Shown here: piece by piece, positions 12,701 to 25,524 of the stretch | How positions within the stretch are numbered: position 1 is the stretch's first letter | Layout: the number at the start of each line of letters is the position of its first letter | NCBI GenBank assembly: GCA_030704615.1 | Contig: CM060731.1 | Location: forward strand, 33,542,001 to 33,606,000 | DNA from: Takakia lepidozioides | Lineage: Eukaryota > Plantae > Bryophyta | Direction: 5' to 3' | Length of the DNA: 64,000 nt | Translations under genes and position numbers: made by a program | Notes under the pieces: generated by a model | Told to the model about the DNA's origin: nothing | Database searches by the model: none | What the model saw: the letters and a program-made list of their open reading frames with translations, nothing else

Positions 12701-13267
12701 CCAACCGTTTGGCCCGTGAAGGTGGGAACACATCTCAGCTTTCAGGAGATTGAAATGCTGGAGGAGGCAGGTTTTTCCCTTGCGAGACAACCCCAACTCC
12801 ATGCATGTGCTACTACTTCTGCGTCCTCCCGGGTCCCCCCGGCAAATCCTGACTTGTGGCCAACCAAACGAGATGGAAAGCTCGTTCGGCGTTTCCCTCC
12901 AACCGCTGAACACTTTGACAAAGTGGAGTCCGCAAGAATGCTCCAAGCTCGTGTTGGAAGCACCACGGAAGTACCCGATCCAGGATATGGTCGAGTATTC
13001 ACAATCATCACTTCCACATCTGCTGTTCATGACAAGACCTACGACATCACGGTTTCCAATTTCCCCAATTGCACATGTCCTGATTTTGTGAATATGCTAT
13101 CAACCAGTTTGGGCAAGAGAGGTAAATTCATACCCTGCAAACATTTGTATTTCATATTTTTGAGGAGGATGGTTTGCGATCCCAAACGTGACAACTTCAT
13201 TCACCAGGCCACTATGAGTTTCAACGAGGTCAATACTCTTTTGCAGCGGGATACAACACATGGGTAG
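9754..13267 (+). CDS. Mutator-like (MULE) DDE transposase with GCM/WRKY-like zinc domain and C-terminal SWIM; one frameshift near 12105
   Basis: FLMFDHVKR...FMADSAQA...CLFHW...CNLAETVH (D-D-CxxH-E); SWIM CTCPDF...CKH; N-terminal WCRTKTSN...CNGHLRC..C...CKLC...HNHP; intron 11767-11883. Confidence 0.85.
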
Positions 13268-14272
13268 CATGAACTATGTAATGTGGTATGTGGATGACCA
13301 TGATTTGAAATGTGTAATTCACATCAATTCGTCGGCTGTGCAATGATATGGCCTCCAACTATACGGAGTCAGCTCTGAGTGACAACTTTTAGGTAGTGCA
13401 CATTTGTCATTGCACCGTTCGAAGTCTACATGTCTTGCTGTCGCTATGCACTACAATCATCTTTTGAAGATGATCCTAACTCTCATTGTTATTTGAGGAG
13501 GGAGGAAGGTATTCCCGTGGCAGCCTTTATGGCGCACACTTTGTGAGGATATTTTGTCGTCCTCGTAATTGTAAAAGTGAAACAAGCATTTGTAATTGCA
13601 CAATGTTGGATGCTGCAATTGTAGGCCTCAATGCTCGTCTTGATTCTATTTAGGCAAGATTCCCTGCATTAATTCCACGGTCATAGGACCATCCACGGTT
13701 ATAGGCGGCGCATGTTAATGGTGACGTGGCAGATGACGGACAGTGCCATGTCATCATTTACCGCCACATCAGCATGCTGACATGACGCTCACGCCACGTC
13801 AGCTGGCGTGAGCGTACGCTCGCGCGCTCATGCGCAACGCTCACGCCATTGCGTCGTTGCTCTGTGATAGTCTCGTAAATGAATCGAAATTTATATGGAA
13901 GTCTAATCACCCGCATTTTCTGTAGATCCATGAGTCCAATATGGAGGAAGTGACACATACTAGAACAAACGACACACAACAGCGTACAGTGAAGAAACAA
14001 TACGACTTGAGAGTGAGGATATCATCGCCCAAGGTGGCATCTCCAGAAACCGCGGGCAATCGCGCGAGGTTACTTATACGAGGGGTCGACAAAAGCATAC
14101 CGGACGGCGAAAGACCCGTCGCCCGGAGGAATTGGCGGCGAAACCTCATCCGGCTCTGAGCAAGTGCCGCCAAAGCTGGTACTTCATTCTCCGCCTTCTG
14201 TTTTTTTTTTCTGCATTCCATTGCGAAAAACGTCCAATGAATTAATAATTATTTCCTAATGGGCAGGATGAT

Positions 14273-15094
14273 ATGATCTATCCACCGCACGATTATTCCC
14301 AAGCTGTCAATCCCGCGGATTTCTTTGCTCTTCCAATGGGTCCAAATGGATGTCAGCCCGGATATTATGTCCTGGTTCTGGATGTCGGGTTCCTATGTGA
14401 GGTCTACCTCCAGAATGGGCCAAAAACCCCTCCCGCAACGCAGCCTTATATCTCCGCTGGAAGATTTAAGTTAGCAATGCAACATGAGGTGGGAGACTTC
14501 CTCAAATGGGTCGTCAAGAAGTTTTGGGTCATCTTATGGAACACTGGCAGAGAAGAGACTGTCGTGGATTTCAAATCAGCCTTGTTCAGGAGGAACGCCC
14601 ACAAGGTCATGCATTACAGTTCCGACCAATGTGTGGAACATAGACTTACTTTCAACACATATTGGCATACGCTACCTAAGGCCCCAATCTACTTCAAACG
14701 ACTTTACGATTTGTTCGTAGACCCCGACTCTAAAGCCTACAGGTCTAACACCCTGCTTATCGACGTCATTGGGAACATGTACAAGTCTTTCATCAATTCT
14801 CTGAGCTTGGTCATCTTCCTACCTAAATACAAAGCACTTGTAGATCCATACAAGGATGATTTTCTGATGGGTCATCTAAAGCCCCCCCTGGAGAAGTTGA
14901 GGCATTCAAAAATGGACATTTGGGCCTTCAATGAGTAGAACCTTTTTGGAATACCTAAGGATATTTACTTTCAGGATGCTAGAGTGAAATTCATTAATCA
15001 CTGGGACTTTCCATGGCCTAAGAACAAGGAGAAATGGGATGTACATCTAAAGTACCTAAAGGCCCTGGAAGTGGAACATGGGATATTAAAGTGA
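14273..15094 (+). pseudogene. FCP1/NIF-like HAD phosphatase domain 1 (degenerate; in-frame TAG at 14936)
   Basis: VLVLDVGFLC, FLKWVVKKFWVILWNTG, FKRLYDLF, SNTLLID; frame continues past TAG to TGA at 15092. Confidence 0.65.
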
Positions 15095-15200
15095 CTAATT
15101 TTGAGAATGTATTGGGATTCTGAGGTCATTGTTTTCCTTATCTGTTCATGTCATTCTTCTTTTCTTGATTTACTTAAGTGTCTTTATCACTCGTTCACAG

Positions 15201-15920
15201 ATCCGACAGCCTGGATCTCCACCTTTGAGGGGACCTCGCTTGATAATTTTTGACGTTAATGGAGTGCTATGCAAAATAACGAAGTGCCAGAGCCCAGGAC
15301 CTGCTCCACGCTTTTCGGAATCTGACTACAACATTCCTACTATTGTTGGATATCAGCAAATCTTTAGAAGGAAGATGTACCGGGAAGTTTGGCAAGAGTT
15401 ACACAAGCACTTCATTTTAGGTATCTGGAGCTGCATGGTGCTTAAAAACTTAAATGCCGTTCTGGATTTGCTCCTACGTGGTCTTCCACGGCCAGCGTTC
15501 ATCATATCGCAGGAGGATTGTATCATTTGCCCAAGCAATCTGCATCCAAATTACCGAACGGGACAAGATCAACCTCCTGTGTTCTTGAAACCACTCCTTA
15601 AAGTATGGCAAAGTTCTGAAGGTTTTTACAATCAGAGTAACACCCTGCTGATTGATGATACGGCTTTGAAGTGTTTGATGAACCCTCCTGAATCTTGTCT
15701 TCTTCTCAAGACTTTTGAGATAATCGACGTCAACGATTTCTTCCTTCTCAAACTTAGAGATTTCTTGCTTAGCTTCTTGAAATTTGAGAACGTCTCAAGC
15801 TTCTTGAAAGCAAGGAGAATAAGATTTCCACCTTTAAAAGTTAACGATCCACAGTTCAAGCCTCTTCTTGATTATATTGATAATTCACAATATGGTGATT
15901 ACCGAGTAAATGATACGTAA
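15201..15920 (+). CDS. FCP1/NIF-like HAD phosphatase domain 2 (exon after AG acceptor at 15200)
   Basis: LIIFDVNGVLC, LGIWSCM, SQEDC, FLKPLLKVW, SNTLLIDDTALKCLMNP. Confidence 0.75.
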   Translation: MRQPGSPPLRGPRLIIFDVNGVLCKITKCQSPGPAPRFSESDYNIPTIVGYQQIFRRKMYREVWQELHKHFILGIWSCMVLKNLNAVLDLLLRGLPRPAFIISQEDCIICPSNLHPNYRTGQDQPPVFLKPLLKVWQSSEGFYNQSNTLLIDDTALKCLMNPPESCLLLKTFEIIDVNDFFLLKLRDFLLSFLKFENVSSFLKARRIRFPPLKVNDPQFKPLLDYIDNSQYGDYRVNDT

Positions 15921-16693
15921 ATATTCGCGTCCTACTGTGGACACAGTTTACTATTTAAAATTGATTGTGAAGACCATGGATTCCTTCCCTGACGAACTAA
16001 TGGCACCATTGTGGTTGATTGAAATCTGGATGCACTCAGCTCTTTGAGGTTCTCAATGGTGGTAGTGACAGAGATCTGTCGCGCGATTACTCGTGGTTCG
16101 AAAAGCGGAATTCAACATCGTCCTGGTTCTCCAGCTGACTGCCAAAGTGTTATATTACCTCAACAGTGCCACATGTGATTGGTCAGAGTGATGTTTTTTC
16201 TATGCTCACGCATTCAACAACGAAAAATGCTGTCATTTGAAGATGTGATGATTCTGCAGGCATAGTGAGTTACTTCAGGTCAGTTACAGCGAGGGAACTC
16301 AAGGTATTCGGATATTCTATCCCAGAATATTTCACACCATCATCCTGGATGAATCATTGATGTGTTTCAGAACACGCACTCAAATTATCCAGGCTGATGG
16401 TGTCACTTGTTCCTTGGCGGATTGTCCAAGTATCTTATAATCTTAGTCTTTAAGTTGTTTGAAGTCATTCTCCCTGCTTGCATAATCCGATCTTCAACAA
16501 TTGACAACATCCTCGTGGTGTTTTATTTGGATCCTATATCCTTCGTTTGAAGATCCATTATTCTTTTGAGGAACACCAACGATTAACATCGCGCGATCAC
16601 GCGTGCTTTTCTAAGATCTGACCTGTTCTGATGTCCATCATTGCACACCAAAATGGTGTTACGAGGAGGCAGAATGTCAGCAATTGAACGTCA

Positions 16694-17206
16694 ATGTCCA
16701 ACGACATTCTCGTCATTTTCATGTGGATTGGACGCCAAAGGAGGAACACCGTCGCTAACAATCTCAACAATCATATGTACTTCAAGGTGCTTGATACTAC
16801 GTATGTTAATGTAGCTGATTTCTATATGAGTCTTTTTGCTATTGCCATTCCAACAACATCAGGTCCACTGAGACTGCCATATTCCGAAATCGGAATCAGG
16901 CACCACCTACATGAAACCATGAGCTAAGAATGAAATCTCCAGTTCATTCAATCACAGCCCGGAGAAATATCTCAAACTGTTGGCCAACTACTTGTGGGCT
17001 AGGATGTTTCTATGGAGTCGCATACAATGAATCGAAGATCTAGTTCTCAGCTGACATGCAGCTGATGGTTTTATATTGGTCAATGATGGTAGGCCGTGGC
17101 TGATACGGGAGTCTGAATATGAGAGTCTCTGGGGACCTGATACTGTTCGCATGGGAATAACAAAACAACTACTATACAATTCAGCAACAACAATAGCATC
17201 AAACAC
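16694..17206. repeat. Diverged inverted duplication encoding two convergent homologous short peptides
   Basis: + VADFYMSLFAIAIPTTSGPLRLPYSEIGIRHHL vs - VAELYSSCFVIPMRTVSGPQRLSYSDSRISHGL. Confidence 0.65.
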
Positions 17207-19413
17207 CTAGCAGTAAATAGGATTTTTGACATTGCTTGTGATAGCTCCAATCAGTTAGTTGGTGGTTAGTCAATTGGAGATTATTTAGTTGGTGATCAGT
17301 TTACGAGTGCTTTACAGTAAATCGTTAGAAGCACCACAGCCCGTCACAGATGAACCTCGATTGGTCACCTAACACTATTTCATTGAAGATTTCGCAGAAA
17401 ATGTCACTCTCTCCGTCAATGTACTCGTCACCGAGCCACTCTCCAGAAGCATACGAGCAGCATACCTATTCCCCAATTGGATACTTTCAACATCTTACTC
17501 CAGGGTCAGTTACTTGCACATTATGTTTTGAAGGGCATACGAGTAATTCATCATCTTCGTAATTCCCTGAAAGTCTGCAAGACCACCAATTCTTCGAGAA
17601 GTACAGCTGAACTTCGGTCGCACAAGACATTGTTGGTTGGCGTAATATTGGAGGATATTTTTTGTGAGATCATCACCATATCAACGATTCTCGAGACAAC
17701 ATTTCAGGGACTTCTTCCATCTTCTGCTGACGAAAACCTTCGGAACAACGGAAGAATACAGATTTGAAAATGGTCCCTCCAACCTTGTCAAAATATCGTG
17801 ATTTTGAGAAATGACTTTCCTCAAAATATTTTCATGATAAGTATGTCGGGCGACATCGTCTTGTGCTAACGAAGTTCAGCCCTCCTTCTAGAAGTTGATA
17901 CTCTCATTGACATGGTTTACGTTACTTGTATTGGTCCATGCCGCATGGGGCGAGACTTACTCAAATTGACATGGTTCTGAAATAAAACCTGGTTGTTTAT
18001 CATCAGCGTCTCCCCATTGTCTTTCGTTTCATTTCATGGTATTGTGTCATTGTGCTATGTTTTGCTCACATATTTGATTGATTTGTCTTGTATGTTACAT
18101 AGTAACGGCATTCGTAAGCTCAGTCGCGGTTACGAATATGACTGGTGCTCCAATCATCCATCACCCGACACCCGTTTTTTTAATATATATTTTTAAGTAA
18201 TGGAAACACCTGGGAGCGACAACTCACAAATCAGGTCCTCTTAATAGTTTTCACAGTAACCCCGCCATGTGGCGTTGGAATGGGACACCACCCAGGAACA
18301 TACCACACTCGTCAGTAGCAAGATTTGACCCCATAATCATCTGGGTGGCACTCAGTGCACTTCACCAACTAAGCTACTGATTGTTGGTATCTCATTCAAC
18401 TCTTACTAAACGTCGAGTGAACAATGGAACTTGCTTTATGAGCCAAATAGAAACTGCTTTTTCTCCTGAAGTTTATACATAATGTTTCTTTATTGCTCAT
18501 ATTATATATTAATAGATAAAAAATTATTTATATCTTTATATTTATATTTAAAATGATCCATTTAAATTCATTTAAATGATTTAAAAAATATATATTTAGA
18601 TATTTCTCCTTATTTCTGGACCAAACTTTAGTCCAGATGTTTAGAGCTCCGTTTGGCCTGGTGTTGCCCAAGTTTGGAATATCAAGGACTAATGATCAGC
18701 TGCATTTTAGTGCTGTAGATTAGTTTCCTGCAGTTCTCTCCCCCCGGTTCTGTTGTATTCTACTCCTGACTCTGATCCACTTTAGTATTCTACTTTAGTG
18801 ATCTAGAGTTCTTTGTTGGGCTCGGTGTCGCCTAGGCAAGCTTATTTCCCTCGTCCCTTACCCTATTTGTTTGTTCCAAGGTTGTTCCCCATATGTTCAT
18901 GCCTTCACACCCCCGGAGGTTATTTTTTCCTCTTGTATCTTTATTCCATTAATAAATGCGCCAAGGCCTCTGTCCCCTGTTCTCTTCAAAACATTTATAA
19001 AAATAAAAAATATTTCCACCTGTCTCAGCTTCTGATGGGAGCTAGAGAAAATTTGTACTAGAGAGCGGACCGTGTTGGGCTGACTCTGCCTTATGCGCGG
19101 CCATAGGGCTCGCCCGCCACCTGCCGCAATGTGATTGGGGTTCAATTATCCCATATCGATTGCCCAGATTCAGAGCCCCAGAGAGGATATAAACGGGCGA
19201 GCCTCAAAGGAAGGCAGGTGGGCGGGTCGATGGCAGATGACACTGGCCTGGGTGGTTGCTCTGCTGTCATCGGTGCATAATCGGCCATCCCTGCCGAATT
19301 GGCAGTACACCCTTGGTGGCCGATTCGGCCTGAGAATTAGCCTCAAAAGTGGCAGAGTACGCCACACCTGTTTTTAACAAAATTTGTGTGCCGTAGACAA
19401 GACATTGGAGAAA

Positions 19414-19727
19414 GATGGACACAAGAATATTCTGTATCTATGGACGGAAATGCTGAATCCGCTGAGAATTCCCAAAACACGTCTCCTTTCTTCGTGATGG
19501 ACACAAGATATTCTGTATCTATGGACGGAAATGCTGAATCCGCTGAGAATTCCGAAACGCTTTTCTTCGCGATGGACACAAGAATATTCTGTATCTATGG
19601 ACAGAAATGCTGAATCCGCTGAGAATTCCGAAACGCCTTTCTTCGTGATGGACACAAGAATATTCTGTATCTATTGACGGAAATGCTGAATCCGCTGAGA
19701 ATTCCGAAACACGTCTCCTTTCTTCGT
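19414..19727. repeat. Tandem repeat, 4 x 75-82 bp
   Basis: Units start 19414, 19496, 19571, 19647 (GATGGACACAAGAATATTCTGTATCTATGGACGGAAATGCTGAATCCGCTGAGAATTCC...). Confidence 0.95.
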
Positions 19728-20768
19728 TTCTTTCTCCCCTCGCGCACACACTCGTGCACTCGTTAGAGACACAGACATAAACGACAATTTCCAAGGTTGC
19801 GGAGGTGTAGCAACTAGGAACCTGCAAGTTGCATTGCATTGCACCTTCATGCAGCTGCGTCACAATTCCTGTCTATTTTCTCTTTGCTTTATGATCTCCG
19901 CTCTCTGACATCATAGGCCTACGTTCAAAGGGACTTTCTCATTCTTGCAGATGTAAGACACAGATGTAGTATATTAGGCCGTCCCAGTTTCTCTGTGGAA
20001 TAAACCATGTGTATTTCGTTCTAAAGAGCTGGTAAATAAAGGCAGGAGGGCTACTGTTGCGGACTTGATTCTGGGATTCGTGAGGTTTCAGCGAACTTGT
20101 GAATTGTTGTACTGTCTCTCTTGCTCTCTCTCCCTCTCTCTCTCTCTCTCTCTCCTCCTGCCCTCCAATCACTCACACACAACAATCGAAAATCGCTTTC
20201 TGCGTTTGTGTGACATAAAATGCTGTAAGTAGTAGTGCTGCTCTCTCTGTCTCTCTGCGTGCGCTTGTGTATTCGCTGTTCCCGCCACCTTGCCCATTTT
20301 CCTGGTCGTTCATCTGCTTGTGATCTGAGGACTTGACGCTTTGTATCTCTGTTACATCCTGTCTCAACCCCCACGTGTACATTTTAATACAGAGGCAGGT
20401 CTCTGTCACGCCTCCTTGACAGCTCAATGGCACATACTTTTCCAGCATTCTTCCTCTGTAGTCCCAGTTGCCTTTACCTTTCTTAATCTTCACTATTTCT
20501 TGAAAACTAGCCAAATTGTAATGTCTTCGATTTACAGCACGCATTCATTTTCTCGCTTCTTATCGCAAAATTACGCAGGACAAGGATATCAAGTGCAGAA
20601 GGAAACTGTTGCCATTCGGAGTGAATGAAGGGATGGAGCTGGAGGAGACTCGTTTAGGTCTTCATCTCTCTTGGCCAGAATGCTGCAATGCTGATACAGG
20701 ACAACCACAAGGAATAAGAGTGGATTTCGTAGACGATTTGATCATTCGGAGCGTGACATGTTGCATAT

Positions 20769-23700
20769 ATGAAAGGGGGCTCAATGACAAGGAAAATGCA
20801 TAAACCCCTTCCCCAGCCTTCCATCACCATAGTTTTACTTTTGAGTGTTTCTATTGTATACGAGGCGGTGGTTGCAACTCCCTTGACTGACGAAGGGCGG
20901 GCCCTTCTGGCCTTCAAAGAGGAAGTGAACGATCCTCTGGGTGTTTTGAGAACATGGAATGACACGACAGATCCAAATCCTTGCAATTGGTATGGAGTAT
21001 ATTGTAATGGAAGATTTAATGTCTCCAAGGTTTATCTTCAGGATACTGAGCTGTCAGGACCGCTCTCCCGTGAGCTCCGCCACCTCACGAGCCTGCGCAT
21101 TCTAGTGCTATGCAGGAATAATCTGTCAGGGGCTATCCCTCCAGAGCTTGGAAACATTGGTAAGTTACTTTCACTTCTCGTACATCTTCTTTCTAATGGG
21201 TTGCAGCTTCATATTCTGCATAAGTTTTCAGAAAACCTGCTCCAGCTGGTGTCAAGTATTGGTAGATATATCTACTGAAAGGTTCTATATGTCAGTGCAG
21301 TCTTCTCCCGAATTTTCAAGAATGGCCAAAGTGGTCAATGTTCAAGTTGAGAGTACACACCACGCATTTTTGTTGGAGTATGATGGGCTATAACTGGCAA
21401 ACTTTCATGTCAGAACTACAGATCAATACAATGTAGCAGAAGTCTTTTCTGATATTACTTCAACAGGTACCCTTTGGAGGCTGAATTTGAGCCACAATAC
21501 TCTCTCAGGAAATCTTCCTGCTACACTTGGCAACTTGTTCAGGTTGCGGGTGCTTGATCTGTCTTCAAATTCTCTCTCTGGACCAATTCCTTCATCGCTT
21601 TTTGACGAGTGTGATCAAATGCGATTCATATCCCTGGCATCCAACCAATTTTCAGGCTCCATTCCAACCACACTCAGGAAGTGTTTGAAACTTACAGGCT
21701 TGGATTTCTCTTCTAATGTTCTGCAAGGTTCCATTCCACAAGATCTCGGAAGCCTTGTACTGCTTAAGTATGTTGCACTCCAGAGGAATCATCTATCGGG
21801 CCTCATTCCAGGCTCATTTGGGAGTTTAAACTTTTTGAACTATCTGGATCTTAGTAGCAACCAGCTCTTTGGGAGTCTACCTCTTCAGTTCAGCCAGCTC
21901 AGCAGTCTGAACACACTGGTGCTGAACAATAACCTCCTCTCAGGAGATGTACCTGCAGATGTTGTCTATTTACCCAGCATGCAATACCTGGATCTCTCTT
22001 TTAATTCATTCACGGGACAACTGCCTTCGTCTGGAGGCGATTGCACATTGCTCCAGACATTGAATGTCGCCTTCAACAAGTTCGGAAGGGCAATCCCTGC
22101 ACTACTCAGTGCATGCTCTCACCTCATTTATCTCAATCTCTCGGGCAACCACCTCTCCTCATTCATACCTCCCCAGCTGGCTCTTCTTAGGGATGTGAAG
22201 TTACTGGATGTAAGCAGCAACAATTTAATTGGTCGCATTCCTCCCGAAATTGGTAATATGACTGCGCTTACTGTGTTGCGGTTGGAACATAATCTGATCA
22301 GTGGGTCCATCCCTCCACAGATTGGACAACTGGAGGTACTGAAGTTTCTTGATTTTTCAAACATGCGTCTCCAGGGGAGTATCCCTTCGGCTCTTGTCAA
22401 CTGCACTTCTTTGCTAAGCTTGTGAGTCCTGCTTTAACCCTCACAATCTGCTGACTCAGTGAATTTTACGTGACAATCAAACCAATTCCAGTCAAAATCA
22501 TTTTGTGAACTTGGGTGCTCTTCATGTACCTGTCTGTATCAAATGGAAGCTCCACCCATACACTAGGAGATTGTTTTGTATGGTTGCATTACTGGAGGGT
22601 ACAAGTCTAATGTTGTAAGGTCCTCTGCTGGAGCATTGCTAGGGGACTTGGGGCTTACATTCTGGGCTTATTCCACCCTGCTAATTGCATCGTGTGTATT
22701 CTGACGTAAGGGGATTAGCAGTTTCCCCAACAGTAGAGATTATTGTTCAGGATTAATTGGATATGTGGATCAGCATCAATTCGATGAATTCTGTATCTGC
22801 TGTTTTCTGTTGTAGAACCCTGCACTGAAGGTTTCTACTTCATTATGCTTGTTTACACTGTCACCTTAGTAGTCACTTTGTGTGATTCAGATTTGTGTTA
22901 TTTACGTTGCATGTCTGTCAACAGAGCAAATTAGTCATTCACAGAACATCTCAAACAGCCAGAAAATGAAGTTGGTTTGACTCTGAATGACAGAGACACC
23001 GAATCTCTGTATCAGTACACATACTAATCAAGACCACAGTGAATTGATGGTGCAGGGACCTTTCCAGTAACAACCTAAGTGGCCACATACCTGCAGCACT
23101 AAGCGAAATTGTGGGTCTCAGAGAACTTGACCTGCAATACAACAAGTTGAATGGCAGCATTCCTGCAACTTTGGGGAATCTGCAGAGCTTAGCCTCTTTC
23201 AATGTTTCGTACAATGATCTGTCTGGAAGAATCCCAAGGTCACATACTTTAGGCATGTTTAATGCCACCTCCTACTTTGGAAATCCAGGTTTGTGCGGCT
23301 CACCTTTAAGTACGCCTTGCGTGGTGGTTTTGCTACCAACCGTATCACCAGAGGTGACCCCGACCAGGTCACTAACCATGCCATCCACTGCTATGCACCC
23401 AGTCCAGTCCCGTCTGCTGAGTATGTCGGCAATTGCAGCCATATCAGTTGCGGGAGCAGTTACCATTGCTGTCATTGTGGTTGCTCTATTGAGTATTGTT
23501 GTCTATAGAAGACAGAAAAAGAAGAAGACAGAACTACTACTGTATGAAAGCAGGCCTTCCTCGCCTGACATGAGCCCCATGGTGGGGAAACTAGTTCTGT
23601 TTAACAAGGGTCTTCCCACACGATGTGAGGATTGGGATACAGGAATCAAAGCTCTTCTGGACAGTGACTTTGTCATTGGCCACGGCTCCATTGGCACAGT

Positions 23701-25524
23701 CTACAGGGCAGAACTGGATGGGGGGCTGTCAGTTGCAGTAAAGAAGCTGGCTACTTTGGGACGTATCAAAGGTCCCGATGAATTTGATGAAGAGATGAAC
23801 AACCTGGGGGATGTGAAACACCCGAATCTGGTTACCCTGCAAGGGTACTACTGGTCATCCACTATACAGCTTATGCTGTATGATTACATTCCTAATGGGA
23901 CCCTGTCTTCTCACTTACATCCAGCAAACAGTGCACAAACAACCCTCTCCTGGTCCCGACGCTATCGGATTGCTCTAGGGATTGCACGAGGCCTTGCCTA
24001 TCTCCATCATGACTTCAGGTCAGTCAATCACATGATTGTTGCTGAGCAGAATTCAGTGTCTGGGTTCTTATTTTAGATTCCCAGCTGTCAAAGGTGGAAA
24101 ATAGGATACTTTGCTTGCATCTGCGGTATGTGATGGCACATGCTTTTATGGTCCCATAACGTGCTGTAAAATGAATTGCACCTAGAGACCAGTGGGGGCC
24201 TTCAGTATGGATGAGGAAGGGGTGGGGTGCCCATCCCGAAGTGAGGCCATTGCTCCCTCCTTGTGAGGAATTGGTGGAGGAGGCTCAAAGGTCTACCCTA
24301 ACAGTCAAGTTCCAAACTTTAGACCTGCCTAAACAGCATAAGCCTCCTAGCAATTTGTCAGGGTCAGATTGCAGCTGCAATCGTCATGCTGACAAAGTTC
24401 TGCATCAGGAGGAGAGCTTAAAAGGTGGAGAGTTCCTGAGCACTGCATACTATATACTCTGGGAGTACGTTGGAATTTTTGGGGTACAAAGCTGAGTGAT
24501 CACAACTTCTGAAAATAGACTGACTTTTTCTGGCCTGCAAAGCTTTCCATAAATTTTAATTGGCCACAACTACCGAATATATTACCTGCCCGTGCCTAAC
24601 CAGGACTTAGCACACTCAACAACTAACATCCACTCACTAGATTCTTTTTGTTTTTTCAATTTGGGCAGCAGAGCACAGGTTGTACACTTCAACCTAACGT
24701 CCACCAACATTCTTCTAGATGAAGACTTTGAGCCCAAGATAAGCGACTATGGACTGGGAAAATTCTTGCCCATGCTACATACCGACATTTCAAGCTGGAA
24801 ATGCCACGCCACACTTGGATATGTTGCCCCTGAACTTGCATGCCGGAGCCTTTGTATTTCTGAAAAGTGTGATGTCTACAGCTTTGGGGTAGTGCTCCTA
24901 GAGCTTGTGACTGGTCGGCCACCTGTTGAGAACAACAGTGGGACCACAATTGTGTTGGGGGAATTTGTAAGGTCGATGCTGGAACAGGGAAGAGGACTGG
25001 ATTGCTTTGATCCCAAGCTCAGCTCCCCTCCAGAGATTGAGGTCATGCAAGTGCTAAAGTTGGCTCTTGTTTGCACTGTGGAGGTCAGTGCCAGTTTCTG
25101 CCTCCTGTTTATTTTATTTTCTCCAATTCTGTCATAGATGAGGACGCAAGCCCTAACAAAACTGCCCCATCTATGAATGGATCCTAAGAGTGCTACATTT
25201 TGACTGCATTACACACAGGGACCCATTGGTGGCAATGTAGGTTTTCCATGTAAGTGTTCTCCTCCTACAGAATTTTCAATAAATACTGGAAGACCTCTTT
25301 AGGATGTGGGTTTGCCAGGCTTTGGTTTTCACATGAGGGCTTTTTGATTCTCAAGAATGGATGCCTTTGCAACCTCATAATCCTAATTGAGAAGTTACTG
25401 ATCTGGGCCACAGGTGCCTGCAAAGCGGCCAAGCATGATGGAGGCCGTGCAGGTCCTGGAATCAATCGAGCCTTCTGGTTTGTGGATTTCTCAAAGCCCG
25501 ATTCCTCTCTTCTTGTGCCCCTGA
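20769..25524 (+). CDS. LRR receptor-like kinase, LRR-VII / At1g12460-like
   Basis: Exons 20769-21159, 21467-22421, 23056-24018, 24669(or 24672)-25083, 25414-25524; signal peptide, LRRNT (PCNWYGVYC), plant LRRs, GNPGLCG, TM, GKLVLF..LP...[44 protein letters not shown]. Confidence 0.93.

Noticed and set aside
17330-17770. Coding-like minus-strand stretch as a Ulp1 protease cargo
   Set aside because: Multiple stops and no H-D-C catalytic motifs found
19072-19368. Possible MITE with imperfect terminal inverted repeats (ACTCTGCC/GGCAGAGT)
   Set aside because: Short imperfect match and no clear TSD; cannot be supported without other copies
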